A stretch of 64,000 bases of DNA. Source: a virus (taxonomy: Duplodnaviria; Heunggongvirae; Uroviricota; Caudoviricetes). How positions within the stretch are numbered: position 1 is the stretch's first letter; each line of letters starts with the position of its first letter. Positions 10,281 through 19,820 of the stretch are shown piece by piece. The DNA is taken from IMG/VR virus record IMGVR_UViG_3300022562_000659. One strand, written 5' to 3'. The notes under the pieces are model-generated. The model had not been told where the DNA came from. It did not search any database and saw only the letters and a program-made list of their open reading frames with translations. Position numbers and translations under genes: made by a program.

Positions 10281-11001
10281 GCTTATTCTTGGGGATTGTA
10301 TCAAGGTAATGAAAAATACCATTGAAGATGCATCTATTGACATGATTTTATGCGACTTACCTTACGGAATAACAGGAATCAGTTGGGATATTCCTATACC
10401 TTTTGCTCCATTATGGGAGCAGTATGAGCGTATCATCAAGCCTAACGGGGCTATAGTGCTGACCGCCGCACAACCATTTACAAGTGCGCTTGTGATGAGC
10501 AATCCATCCCTATTCAAATATGAGTGGATATGGGAAAAGGACAAGCCAAGTAATTTTGGTGCAGCAAAGAGTCAACCATTACGATACCATGAGAACGTGC
10601 TTGTATTCTATAAGCGTCCTCCAACATACAATCCAGTAATGTGGAAAGGTAATCTTAATCATTCCGTGGGTAAGGGCATACGAAAAGGTTCTGATGAACA
10701 TGGCAAGGGAGCTGTTGTTTACTACAAGAACAATAATGGTATGAAGTATCCCAAGTCAGTGATTAAATTCAATCGGGAGACTGGGCTGCACCCCACACAG
10801 AAGCCTGTGTCATTGTTTGAATATTTAATCAGAACGTATACCAATGAGGGAGAAACTGTTCTCGATAATGCATGCGGGAGCGGAACTACAGGTATTGCTT
10901 GTTTGAATTCAGGTCGAGACTTTATCCTTATTGATAATGATTTGCAGCATTTTGATACTGCAAGGAAAAGAATTGAGGAATATGAATTTAATTCCGTATA
11001 A
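10273..11001 (+). CDS. DNA methyltransferase, beta-class N6-adenine/N4-cytosine (motif IV before motif I)
   Basis: DLPYG (DPPY-type motif IV) is near the N-terminus. The SAM-binding motif I LDNACGSGTTG is near the C-terminus. Confidence 0.85.
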   Translation: MSRLILGDCIKVMKNTIEDASIDMILCDLPYGITGISWDIPIPFAPLWEQYERIIKPNGAIVLTAAQPFTSALVMSNPSLFKYEWIWEKDKPSNFGAAKSQPLRYHENVLVFYKRPPTYNPVMWKGNLNHSVGKGIRKGSDEHGKGAVVYYKNNNGMKYPKSVIKFNRETGLHPTQKPVSLFEYLIRTYTNEGETVLDNACGSGTTGIACLNSGRDFILIDNDLQHFDTARKRIEEYEFNSV

Positions 11002-12301
11002 TGATGATTTTGAGCGTGCAGTAATTGTTGGTGTTCTTCAAGACCCAATGCTATTGCCACGCATAACTGAATTTATTGAGCCAGCGGATTTCTACAAAGA
11101 AAACCACAAAGAAATCTTCAAAGCAATTTCCTCTACAGCACCAGACAATCTTGATAGCCTGACGATTGAGGATAAATTGCGCTCCAATGAAGGGGCATTG
11201 ACATACTTTCGTGAGTTGGTACAGGACTCAGAAAAGATTCTTCCAAGCCTATCCAACATCATGTTCTATGCGGAGACTATCAAGGGAAAATCCAAACTTC
11301 GTGCGGGTATTGACCTAGGCAGAGAGATCACAGCTGTCTGCTATGCCCCAACATCTGATCCTGATGAGGCTATTCAGCAATTGGAGCAGATGTTTGCACA
11401 GTTTCTACAGGCTCGTGTTTTAGATAACAAACTTGAATCCACTACGGAGTCATTCAAGAAATTTATCGAGGGATTGAATACGCGAGCAACCAAGGTTGAG
11501 GGAGTCAAATCCGGATTCATTGAAGTAGACCTGATGCTACAACGAATGGAGGGATTGATTGTCCTTGCTGCTCGTCCGAGCATGGGTAAGACTGCATTTG
11601 CTATCAATATAGCACGAAATATTGCAGCGACTCGTCCTGTCTTGTTCTTTTCTCTAGAGCAGAGCAAAGAACAGGTGTTTGAACGGCTCTTAGCCGCAGA
11701 AGCGGAAGTTGATCTAGAAGATATTCGCAGTGGTGCATTTCTCGCTGACAAGAAATCGATGGAGAGTATACAGGATGCAAATTACAGGCTAGAGCATGTG
11801 ACTGACAATATCCATATCGATGACAAGGCACAGGTTCCTGCAAGTTATATCTCTTCGGTGTCCCGACAGAAGCGGTATGAATGGGGAGATTTGGGACTGA
11901 TTGTGGTTGACTATCTGCAAATCATGCGCCATACGTCATCTGGTAACAAGACCGATCAGATTGGTGATACTGTCAATGAATTGCGTGCACTAGGAAAGGA
12001 ATTAGATTGTCCTATTATTCTGCTTTCCCAGTTGAGTAGAAATAATGAGCAACGTACTGAAGGAAAGGTTAAGAATAGGCGACCGGAATTAACTGACCTT
12101 CGTGGTTCTGGAGATATTGAACAATCAGCAGATGTGGTTATATTCCTCTACAGAGATTCTTATTATGGTACTCCTACAACAGACACTGATGTGGCAGAGA
12201 TTATCATCAAGAAGAATCGTAATGGTCGCCAAGGAATTGTACTACTAGACTGGGAGAGTGCATATGTTAAATTTAAGAATCCCAACGTTCGACGCCGCTG
12301 A
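10982..12301 (+). CDS. replicative DNA helicase, DnaB-like
   Basis: ATG at 10982 follows a GAGGAA RBS. The DnaB N-domain signature IPYNDDFERAVIVGVL, Walker A GKTAFAINIA, Walker B IVVDYLQ and LSQLSR arginine-finger region are present. Confidence 0.85.
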   Translation: MNLIPYNDDFERAVIVGVLQDPMLLPRITEFIEPADFYKENHKEIFKAISSTAPDNLDSLTIEDKLRSNEGALTYFRELVQDSEKILPSLSNIMFYAETIKGKSKLRAGIDLGREITAVCYAPTSDPDEAIQQLEQMFAQFLQARVLDNKLESTTESFKKFIEGLNTRATKVEGVKSGFIEVDLMLQRMEGLIVLAARPSMGKTAFAINIARNIAATRPVLFFSLEQSKEQVFERLLAAEAEVDLEDIRSGAFLADKKSMESIQDANYRLEHVTDNIHIDDKAQVPASYISSVSRQKRYEWGDLGLIVVDYLQIMRHTSSGNKTDQIGDTVNELRALGKELDCPIILLSQLSRNNEQRTEGKVKNRRPELTDLRGSGDIEQSADVVIFLYRDSYYGTPTTDTDVAEIIIKKNRNGRQGIVLLDWESAYVKFKNPNVRRR

Positions 12302-13028
12302 AGGCTTAGTACTTGATCCAAATAAACCTACAATGCTGGACTTGTTCTGTGGTGTGGGTGGATCAGGAGTTGGATATCATCGGGCTGGGTTTAATATAAT
12401 CGGTGTTGACCATAAACCACAACCTAATTATCCGTTTTGGTTTATTGAATATGATGCCTTGGAAGTTCTTGAAGATATTAATCTATTGAATTATTTCAAT
12501 ATAAAGATCGTTACCGCAAGTCCTCCTTGCCAAAGTTATTCCAAGCATGTATCAAGTGATGGTAAATGGTCGAAGGGGAAGCATTCGGGGTTCAATGAAC
12601 CTCAACTTATTGCTCCACTACGTGAGAAACTTCGCGCACTGAATATGCCGTATGTTATAGAGAATGTGTTCGGGGCACGGGATGAATTGATTGATCCCCT
12701 ATTTCTATGCGGCACAATGTTTGGTCTAGGCACTCGTAGACATAGATTATTTGAGAGTACTTTTGACATTCCACAACCTGCACACAAGAAGTGTCGGGGC
12801 GTTACGCATCCAGTAGCTGAGGAATGGATTGCAGTTAATCCTAAAACTCGGAACAGAAAAATTTATTCTGTTGTCGGCAAGGGCAGACAGACTGGAAGCC
12901 TTGACGTGTGGAAAATATTAATGGGAATTGATTGGGCCGAACATGACTTTGAGTTATCTGAGGCTATCCCTCCAGCCTATACTGAATATATAGGGAAGGA
13001 GATTATAATGCATGGACGACTTCTATAA
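12264..13028 (+). CDS. short C5-cytosine methyltransferase-like protein (paralog 1)
   Basis: Motif I LDLFCGVGG, motif IV SPPCQSYS, motif VI YVIENV and RRHRLFE are present. It is only about 255 aa with no obvious target-recognition domain. It is paralogous to 55242..55913. Confidence 0.7.
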   Translation: MLNLRIPTFDAAEGLVLDPNKPTMLDLFCGVGGSGVGYHRAGFNIIGVDHKPQPNYPFWFIEYDALEVLEDINLLNYFNIKIVTASPPCQSYSKHVSSDGKWSKGKHSGFNEPQLIAPLREKLRALNMPYVIENVFGARDELIDPLFLCGTMFGLGTRRHRLFESTFDIPQPAHKKCRGVTHPVAEEWIAVNPKTRNRKIYSVVGKGRQTGSLDVWKILMGIDWAEHDFELSEAIPPAYTEYIGKEIIMHGRLL

Positions 13029-13199
13029 TTATACTAAGTTTAAAACATTCTGGTGGATACTATACTTAGAATATGCTGAATTTCTTTGTAAGAATCCTGA
13101 GTTTTCTGTACGTTCAGGCTTCAATATTGATACTTATTTCCAGACACGCGAGGGCAGATTGTTCAAGCGACGATTTGAGAAGGTAGCGTGGGCTGATTA

Positions 13200-13925
13200 A
13201 TGGGACGAATGATTAGATCAAAGAGGGAATGGGTATGTTCAAATTGCAAAATGAAGTATATCAAATGGAACGGAGCATGTTACCGTGGTTGTAAATTTAC
13301 TGGGACGCTGGAAGAGGTCACCATCAGACCAACTACTTCCAATAGTCAAAGAATTAAATCAACTAGTGCTAGAAATGCTAGCCGTAATGGAACAGGTAGC
13401 GAGACAGCAATTGGAGTACCAAAACCAGCTGGAGGCGGTACAGCGGAGGCTCGACGCCTTAGAAGAAGGGCAAAGGACTCCGAGCGAGATATTGCCAAAA
13501 GAATGGTTGCAGCAGATGGTGCAGACCCAGCCTTCAGAAACATCGCGTCTAATACAGGACGTATCGGGTTTATAACTGGTATGCGGGTGGATGCAATATC
13601 ACGCAGTTACGTTACAGAGAATAAGAATCGAAAAATGCCAACGTGGTTGATTGACGCTTGGATACTCATCAATCAGCGTGCGATTGATTTTCAGAAGAAT
13701 GCACTGCTTCATGTTGATCCTCCTAATATGCCGAGAGACTTTGTTATCCAGGGCGGGAAAAGAAAACTCGACACTATGGCTATTATCACACAAACAAGAC
13801 ATGAGGAATTGATTTCCAATAGTCGAATTTTAAGTGAGTTACTGGAAGAGATAAGCAAGCGCAGGGAGTATCTTCCCCTACTTTCATTTTATGAAAGTTT
13901 GTGTGAAAATTCTGAGGAAGATTAG
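13200..13925 (+). CDS. hypothetical protein with N-terminal zinc ribbon
   Basis: 241 aa with CSNC...CYRGC at the N-terminus. An alternative-frame coiled-coil ORF (13285..13575) overlaps it. Confidence 0.4.
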   Translation: MGRMIRSKREWVCSNCKMKYIKWNGACYRGCKFTGTLEEVTIRPTTSNSQRIKSTSARNASRNGTGSETAIGVPKPAGGGTAEARRLRRRAKDSERDIAKRMVAADGADPAFRNIASNTGRIGFITGMRVDAISRSYVTENKNRKMPTWLIDAWILINQRAIDFQKNALLHVDPPNMPRDFVIQGGKRKLDTMAIITQTRHEELISNSRILSELLEEISKRREYLPLLSFYESLCENSEED

Positions 13926-14085
13926 AGGATGGTATTTAGACAAGCAGGCGGCTTGTCGAGGAAAGATTCTTCTATTAAAAGGGTTGACTCCGAGGGTAAC
14001 GGTGCTATAGAATGGACATGGCAGTCGAGTAGGACAAGCGAATTCCGCTTGTCAATGCGACAAGCGACAAGCGAAAGGAGCCTCG

Positions 14086-14376
14086 ATGTACGAGTCTCTT
14101 CCATGGAATAACATTCGATACAAGCCTGAAAGCAGGATTAGCGACGAATTCTGGCATGAATTCATGAGCGCAGCCAAGATGCTTCTTATTCTTGACTACA
14201 ACATGTCGGACGAGGAAAAGCGCATTCGCAATTGGGTGGAGCCTGACATTTATGCAGTGTTTGATAAACTGCGTCAGGATTACCATGACGAGCTGCCATA
14301 CAACAAGCGATTCATTGATGAGATTGATCGCAGTATCGAGCGGGAGGTCAGAAAGGAATTGCGAGCGTATGAATGA
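14086..14376 (+). CDS. hypothetical protein
   Basis: 96 aa ORF with a GAAAGGAG RBS. Confidence 0.4.
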   Translation: MYESLPWNNIRYKPESRISDEFWHEFMSAAKMLLILDYNMSDEEKRIRNWVEPDIYAVFDKLRQDYHDELPYNKRFIDEIDRSIEREVRKELRAYE

Positions 14377-14680
14377 TATCCAGCAGGAAATCCTCGACAC
14401 TTATGCCAACGAGGTTACTGAGTTAATTCAGACTATCACTGTTGGTGCGGAAGGCGAACATATTTGGGACAACTATGAACGAGTTACCGCAGTAGCCCTG
14501 CGGCTAGGAGAAATGCATAACGAGATTTCCGAAATGGAAATCTTTGGCAGAGACTGGCCCGAGATTAAGAAATTCAGGACACTCGTTATCGATCCAACCA
14601 TTGAACGATTGGATAAGGTTGCTGCATTTGAGTCCCGCAAGATTACTGGCAAGCAACTAGAGAGAGATTTGGAGAAGTAG
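14372..14680 (+). CDS. hypothetical protein
   Basis: ATG with ATGA coupling to the previous gene. It uses the same frame as track ORF 14192..14680. Confidence 0.4.
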   Translation, partial: NDIQQEILDTYANEVTELIQTITVGAEGEHIWDNYERVTAVALRLGEMHNEISEMEIFGRDWPEIKKFRTLVIDPTIERLDKVAAFESRKITGKQLERDLEK

Positions 14681-14965
14681 ATGCTGTCAACAGAGGATCT
14701 GATCAAGAAGATTACACGGTCACCAGAAGATGCAACACTCACCATTTTCAATGAGTATGGTGAGGCTGTAACTGCGACGAAAATTGTGACCCTTGCCCAT
14801 GTTAAGGACAAGGTTCGCATTCGGTGGACATTTGATCAGCCGGTGACAACTATTTCCCCATTGACAGCAGCATTTATTCATCGCGGGCGATCCGTTTGGA
14901 CAGCATTCGCTATCCGTCCCGTGTATTTCAGTGATTCAACTGAGGTGGAAATTACTTATGCATAA
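14681..14965 (+). CDS. hypothetical protein
   Basis: 94 aa, start adjacent to the previous stop. Confidence 0.4.
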   Translation: MLSTEDLIKKITRSPEDATLTIFNEYGEAVTATKIVTLAHVKDKVRIRWTFDQPVTTISPLTAAFIHRGRSVWTAFAIRPVYFSDSTEVEITYA

Positions 14966-15311
14966 GAAGATTAAGGATAATGAATACTTTCAGGAGTGGG
15001 CTAAGTCTCGTAATCTAGATATAGATGATATCGATAGAATTTCTGCTACTCCACTAGCGGCACGTTATGATGCATCTTCTGTGGAAGACTTGCTTGAACT
15101 TGGTAAGGACGTTCTAGATAGTCATGAGACTATTAAGAAGTTTACCGGTGATAGTCCCCATTTCGGACAGACATGTGATCGTATAGATGCAGAATATATA
15201 CTCATTGTAGCTCTGATTGATACTGTCTCTCCTGAGTTATCAGATTTTATTGCGGACTACCTTGCTGCTATCATGAGCAATAAAGATCCGGGGGAGGTAG
15301 TTAGTGGCTAA
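14931..15311 (+). CDS. hypothetical protein
   Basis: 126 aa acidic protein. Confidence 0.4.
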   Translation: MIQLRWKLLMHKKIKDNEYFQEWAKSRNLDIDDIDRISATPLAARYDASSVEDLLELGKDVLDSHETIKKFTGDSPHFGQTCDRIDAEYILIVALIDTVSPELSDFIADYLAAIMSNKDPGEVVSG

Positions 15312-16113
15312 GGTAAAGCAGATAAAGCACATATCATACTCATTCATTCACATGTTCGCTTGCCCGTATGCCGCATTTTTGCGATACGAGGCAGGCATGC
15401 GATCAAAGACAACAGATGCATTGGCGCTAGGAAACTCTTTGCATCTTGCACTTGAAGAAGGACACAAGCAGCCAGAATGGTCACTTGATTTCGTTGGTAA
15501 TAAATTCCTTACAGAGTATCGACGTATTATAGAGGACGAAGAGGTTTATGTCACTTGGCCCAAGATGAAGAAGCAAGAGGCCGAGGGACTAGAAATGTTG
15601 GAGTTGTTTACTCGTGGTATCGAACAAGGCAAAATTCCAGCGATCCCCTATGCATCTGAGAAGGAATTCAAGTTACCTTTTGAGGATGAGATTGTTGTTG
15701 TTGGAAAGATCGACAGGATCGACTTCGACGATGACGGAGAATACATCGTCATTGATTACAAGTCAGGATCAAGAGAGCCGGATGCATGGTTCCTAGATCA
15801 CGACTTGCAGTTTACCACCTATGCGTGGGCCGGATACGAATTGTTCGGCAAACTGCCCAAGGAATTGCGCTGGCACCACTTACGCAATGGCAAGCAGTTG
15901 GTCACCCACAGGACCATGAAGGACATAGAGGAATTGCAGCGCATGCTGCACAATGCTCTAGAAATGAACCGTAGAGATATCAGATATAGAATTTATCACT
16001 CACAGGTATGCAATTGGTGTGAGTTCAAGGGTGCTGTATGTGATGACAGAGAGTTGGAAACACAATTGCTCACACAGCGAAAGGAATTGCTCAATGGCAG
16101 CGAACAACAATAA
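15304..16113 (+). CDS. PD-(D/E)XK nuclease, Cas4/RecB-like exonuclease with C-terminal Cys cluster
   Basis: The N-terminal Cys is in FACPYAAFL. The core is IDRIDFDDDGEYIVIDYKSG (D...D/EXK). A C-terminal CNWCEFKGAVC gives a four-Cys Fe-S signature typical of Cas4/AddB-type nucleases. Confidence 0.65.
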   Translation: MAKVKQIKHISYSFIHMFACPYAAFLRYEAGMRSKTTDALALGNSLHLALEEGHKQPEWSLDFVGNKFLTEYRRIIEDEEVYVTWPKMKKQEAEGLEMLELFTRGIEQGKIPAIPYASEKEFKLPFEDEIVVVGKIDRIDFDDDGEYIVIDYKSGSREPDAWFLDHDLQFTTYAWAGYELFGKLPKELRWHHLRNGKQLVTHRTMKDIEELQRMLHNALEMNRRDIRYRIYHSQVCNWCEFKGAVCDDRELETQLLTQRKELLNGSEQQ

Positions 16114-16492
16114 CGCCGTTACCCACATGCCGGGGAGAATATACTTTAATTTCCGAGCCGATTATTTCTATGATCCTACTGGGGAGGAAGAGATTTTCGA
16201 CTATGACAAGTTGCGCGATGATCGCATTGTAGAGATTGTCGGGTATCCGGTGGTCGATGCTGTCCTAGAGAATCAGGATGAGGAATCTGAGATTCCATCT
16301 ACGTCACCCGGATTGTACCTTAGTGTGCAGATTGGTGAGAATCATGGTGTATCATTCACAATTACCGAAGAGGAATTGCTGAAAGCGTTGGCCGATCTTC
16401 AGCAAGTGAAGGTAGAGCATCAACTTGTTATGCTTTATAGGTATCAAATTGGGGAGGGTGAGCCAGCGAATGACACCATCGTTAATCTCTGA
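16094..16492 (+). CDS. hypothetical protein
   Basis: Internal ATG of track ORF 16019..16492, after the upstream stop. Confidence 0.35.
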   Translation: MAANNNNAVTHMPGRIYFNFRADYFYDPTGEEEIFDYDKLRDDRIVEIVGYPVVDAVLENQDEESEIPSTSPGLYLSVQIGENHGVSFTITEEELLKALADLQQVKVEHQLVMLYRYQIGEGEPANDTIVNL

Positions 16493-16961
16493 GTACACTG
16501 ATCTGGCAATAGATGTAGCCAAAGAAAGTCCCTGCATACGCAGAAAGTTTGGCTCCGTTATTATCAAGAGGGGTATGGCTGACTCTGCTGATATAGTTGT
16601 ATCTGCTTCAAACAGCAGAGTTGGAAAATGCTGCACTCGTACTACCTGTGCCCGTACTAGATTTGATTTTGCAAATGGAGAACGGGTGGAGGTTGGTGGA
16701 GAAATCCATTCAGAAGTAGCCGCCCTTATCAAGTGGTCTGATACACAAATTGGAGATTATTTTCTTCTTGCTGGTGTGTCAGCCCATGATGATCGTGTGA
16801 TGTACGGCAGGGAAACCTATCCCTGCCACTCATGTGCCATGGCAATAAAGTTTGCAGGCTATAAGTATGTGTATCTTCTGGATGCACCTGATACATGGGC
16901 TCCATATTCAATCAATCAGATTATTATTGAAAGAGAGCAAGAGTGGGAACCGGTAGATTAG
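16470..16961 (+). CDS. dCMP deaminase (cytidine/deoxycytidylate deaminase family)
   Basis: ATG after a GGGGAGGGTG RBS. Zinc motifs HSEVAAL (H-x-E) and PCHSCAMAI (PC-x2-C) are present. Confidence 0.75.
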   Translation: MTPSLISEYTDLAIDVAKESPCIRRKFGSVIIKRGMADSADIVVSASNSRVGKCCTRTTCARTRFDFANGERVEVGGEIHSEVAALIKWSDTQIGDYFLLAGVSAHDDRVMYGRETYPCHSCAMAIKFAGYKYVYLLDAPDTWAPYSINQIIIEREQEWEPVD

Positions 16962-17185
16962 TATACACGAAGAAAGAGTCCCCCACATTGAATGGATCTG
17001 AAATGTTTAAGTTTGTCAATGAGCGAGCGAATTTCGTTGGAGTGCCTGTTACGTCACTGGGGGATATCCCAAATCTAATTGAAGCACTAGAGGAATTCGG
17101 ACAGTTTCATAGTGCTGATCTCGTTCGTGCATGGTATGCCACAATGATTGGGAGGATGCATGACGAATATGTTGCCTATGCCTAA
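16943..17185 (+). CDS. hypothetical protein
   Basis: 80 aa ORF. Confidence 0.35.
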   Translation: MGTGRLVYTKKESPTLNGSEMFKFVNERANFVGVPVTSLGDIPNLIEALEEFGQFHSADLVRAWYATMIGRMHDEYVAYA

Positions 17186-17747
17186 ACTTCCAAAAGTTAC
17201 CGAACCATTTCAGCGCATTGCATTCTATGGGCCGATGGTTAGTGGCAAGACCTATCTCGCTAATCATCTGGTTGCCAATCACAATTATAGGAAGGTTGCA
17301 TTTGCAGATAAATTGAAGAGCCTTGCATATGAATTGTTTGGGGTGCAGTATAAGGACGGTCCAGACCGCATCATTCTACAAAAACTTGGTGATGCTATGC
17401 GTTCTATTGACGAGGATGTATGGATTAAATATGCCCTTAATACAATACAAATGAATAAATATCTTCCCAACCTTAGCAAATATCGTGTAGTGATTGATGA
17501 TCTTCGTCTAGCAAACGAAGCTAAGTGGTTGAAGAAGAATGGATTCATATTAATTTATGTGGATGCAGACGAAAATATCAGAGTGGAGCGAATGTCCACT
17601 CTGTACCCTAACGCGGCTCCAGAGGCCCTTCTGCACGCTTCTGAGCAAGAATACAAGCACATAGTCCCCGACTATATCCTGAAGAATAATTCTCCATTGA
17701 GCCTAGATGATTTAGACTATGGAATTTTGGGAAGTAAAGATGAGTGA
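17160..17747 (+). CDS. P-loop nucleoside/nucleotide kinase (dNMP kinase-like)
   Basis: ATG 8 nt after GGGAGGA. Walker A is FYGPMVSGKTYLANHL. Confidence 0.5.
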   Translation: MTNMLPMPKLPKVTEPFQRIAFYGPMVSGKTYLANHLVANHNYRKVAFADKLKSLAYELFGVQYKDGPDRIILQKLGDAMRSIDEDVWIKYALNTIQMNKYLPNLSKYRVVIDDLRLANEAKWLKKNGFILIYVDADENIRVERMSTLYPNAAPEALLHASEQEYKHIVPDYILKNNSPLSLDDLDYGILGSKDE

Positions 17748-18303
17748 AACAAAAGAGATTGAACGTCTGCGTGGCGAATGGATGCAGACATATTCCGGAA
17801 AGAGATTCTATCCGGAGCATCCTATTGCAGAAGATATCGATCCAAAAGATATTGTCCATGCTCTGTCACGCCTATGTAGGTTTGGCGGGCATATAGATAA
17901 ATTCTATTCTGTGGCAGAGCATTGCATTCTTGTGTCAGAAGGTGTTAGTGAAGAGAATGCAATCTATGGGTTGCTGCATGATGCAACAGAAGCGTACATT
18001 GTGGACGTTCCTCGTCCAGTTAAAAGATTACTCACAAATTACAAGGAATTGGAAGACAGGGTTTGGAATGCTATTTGTGTGCGGTTCAATCTTGATCCAG
18101 TAATGCCACAAGAAGTCATTGAAGCTGATACGCGAATTCTACTTACCGAACGTGCGGCCCTGTTTAAGAATGCTGAGGTTGGTGAGTGGTCGATGGATGG
18201 CATGGAGCCATTACCGGCTACAATTATGGGGTATTCACCCGGATCAGCAATACTAGAAGTAGCCTATCTCAGTAGACTTGAGAAGGGGTTACGGAATCGA
18301 TGA
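17740..18303 (+). CDS. HD-domain phosphohydrolase (5'-deoxynucleotidase-like)
   Basis: H...HD signature: HALSRLCRFGGH ... LLHDATEAYIVDVP. Confidence 0.6.
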   Translation: MSETKEIERLRGEWMQTYSGKRFYPEHPIAEDIDPKDIVHALSRLCRFGGHIDKFYSVAEHCILVSEGVSEENAIYGLLHDATEAYIVDVPRPVKRLLTNYKELEDRVWNAICVRFNLDPVMPQEVIEADTRILLTERAALFKNAEVGEWSMDGMEPLPATIMGYSPGSAILEVAYLSRLEKGLRNR

Positions 18304-18833
18304 AGATAGCTTTGATAGGGAAGAGGGCGACAGGTAAAACATTTGTTGCCTTCTTCCTAGAACGACACCACAATTTCAAACGAGTACGAATGGATGACGG
18401 TGTTGCGAAATTCATGCGAGACATGTATGGATACAAGCGATACCAGCGACCTACTTGGGAACGCAGAGTGGATATCTATGATGCGTTATACAAGATTGAT
18501 CCTACGATTCATCTGAGATATCTATTTAGTCGAATGACGAGGATCACAAAGGACATTGTGATTGAAGATGTTCGATATATCTCGGAGTTACAGGCATTGC
18601 GTGAGGATGGGTTCATTATCATTCGCATTGCGGCTCCCGAGCGGCAGCGTAGGCGACACATTGGCAAGTCCTTGCGTAATGCTGCGGATGGGAGTCTTTT
18701 GCTATCCGAAAGTTTCTTTGACGACAAAACCGCATCCTATAGTGCTGATTATGTGGTTTTGAATGAAGATCGTGAAAAAACTAGACAAGCGATTACTAAA
18801 CTCCTTGACGAAATACGTTCCAAGGAAGTATAA
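18300..18833 (+). CDS. P-loop kinase (second dNMP/nucleoside kinase-like)
   Basis: Walker A is IALIGKRATGKTF. It is ATGA-coupled to the HD gene. Confidence 0.5.
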   Translation: MKIALIGKRATGKTFVAFFLERHHNFKRVRMDDGVAKFMRDMYGYKRYQRPTWERRVDIYDALYKIDPTIHLRYLFSRMTRITKDIVIEDVRYISELQALREDGFIIIRIAAPERQRRRHIGKSLRNAADGSLLLSESFFDDKTASYSADYVVLNEDREKTRQAITKLLDEIRSKEV

Positions 18834-18882
18834 TGTTGAAAGCGTACCGAAAACGGTACGGTTTCAACAGGAGAATTCATTT

Positions 18883-19353
18883 ATGAAGAAGCGATCAGCA
18901 CACTTAACACGCACACTACTAGAAAATTACTATACATATTCTCCATATAAAGGTGCAAGACTTGCATATGTCCGAGAATATGACCCGGAACCTCTCGTAA
19001 ACGTTGATATTATAACAAAGATTGATATTGAAATTGCTATTAAGCGACTATGGAAGAGAGGCATGCTTTCTAAGCAGGAGTTACAAATGCTCCGCTATGT
19101 TGCACTGGATGGCAGATTATCCCGTCGTGATATCAGTGCGATGATCCAGAAAGAAGAGAATATATATGTAGATCAACGAACCATTTCCCGTAGGCTTGAA
19201 TCTGCCTACTGGAAGATATCTAGGGAGTTGGGGTTCGAATACTCAGACAGTCGCATGTTCCAGATGATTGCCAAGCGTATGGGCAAGCCCGACCCCTATA
19301 TTCTCAATGATGATGAGATTGAGAAGGTTCAAACTATCATGGAACGGGTGTAA
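18883..19353 (+). CDS. phage sigma-factor-like / HTH transcription regulator
   Basis: ATG after an AGGAGAA RBS. A region-4-like HTH is present (LSRRDISAMIQKEENIYVDQRTISRRLESAYWKI). Confidence 0.4.
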   Translation: MKKRSAHLTRTLLENYYTYSPYKGARLAYVREYDPEPLVNVDIITKIDIEIAIKRLWKRGMLSKQELQMLRYVALDGRLSRRDISAMIQKEENIYVDQRTISRRLESAYWKISRELGFEYSDSRMFQMIAKRMGKPDPYILNDDEIEKVQTIMERV

Positions 19354-19357
19354 GGTA

Positions 19358-19519
19358 ATGCCAAGAGGAAGACCTAAGAAAGTTGCAGTACCGCTTCCTA
19401 CAGAGAAAGAGATCACAGTAGCAACGTATCTTGCGAAAGTAATATGTACTATTCCAGGATGCGAGGCTAAAAATCATGTAGATGACGCTAAGGAATTGAT
19501 AAAACTTATACGAGAATAA
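19358..19519 (+). CDS. small basic protein (AT-hook-like PRGRPKK)
   Basis: 53 aa, ATG after a GGTGTAAGG sequence. Confidence 0.35.
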   Translation: MPRGRPKKVAVPLPTEKEITVATYLAKVICTIPGCEAKNHVDDAKELIKLIRE

Positions 19520-19523
19520 TACG

Positions 19524-19817
19524 ATGCTTTATGATGCTTCGTGGGAAGAATTTTTAGAAATTATTAAAGATAATCTACTCTGGAGGAAGGAATTTGATGT
19601 GGCTAAGTGTGTAAGTTGTGAACGACCTACCTCTGGTTCACTTGAATTTTGTCAGCGATGTTATACACAATTCAAAGACGATATCAAGGACAAGAAGCCT
19701 TGGGTTAAGGCACTAAAAAACGACGCCCAGCGTGAGCGTCGTCGTAGGGAGCGAGAGTACAATGATACCTCGCTGGATGCAATATTGGATGCATGGACTG
19801 ATCGTGGAAAGTATTAG
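19524..19817 (+). CDS. zinc-ribbon protein
   Basis: CVSCE...CQRCY plus a basic tail (RERRRRERE). Confidence 0.4.
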   Translation: MLYDASWEEFLEIIKDNLLWRKEFDVAKCVSCERPTSGSLEFCQRCYTQFKDDIKDKKPWVKALKNDAQRERRRREREYNDTSLDAILDAWTDRGKY

Positions 19818-19820
19818 GAG

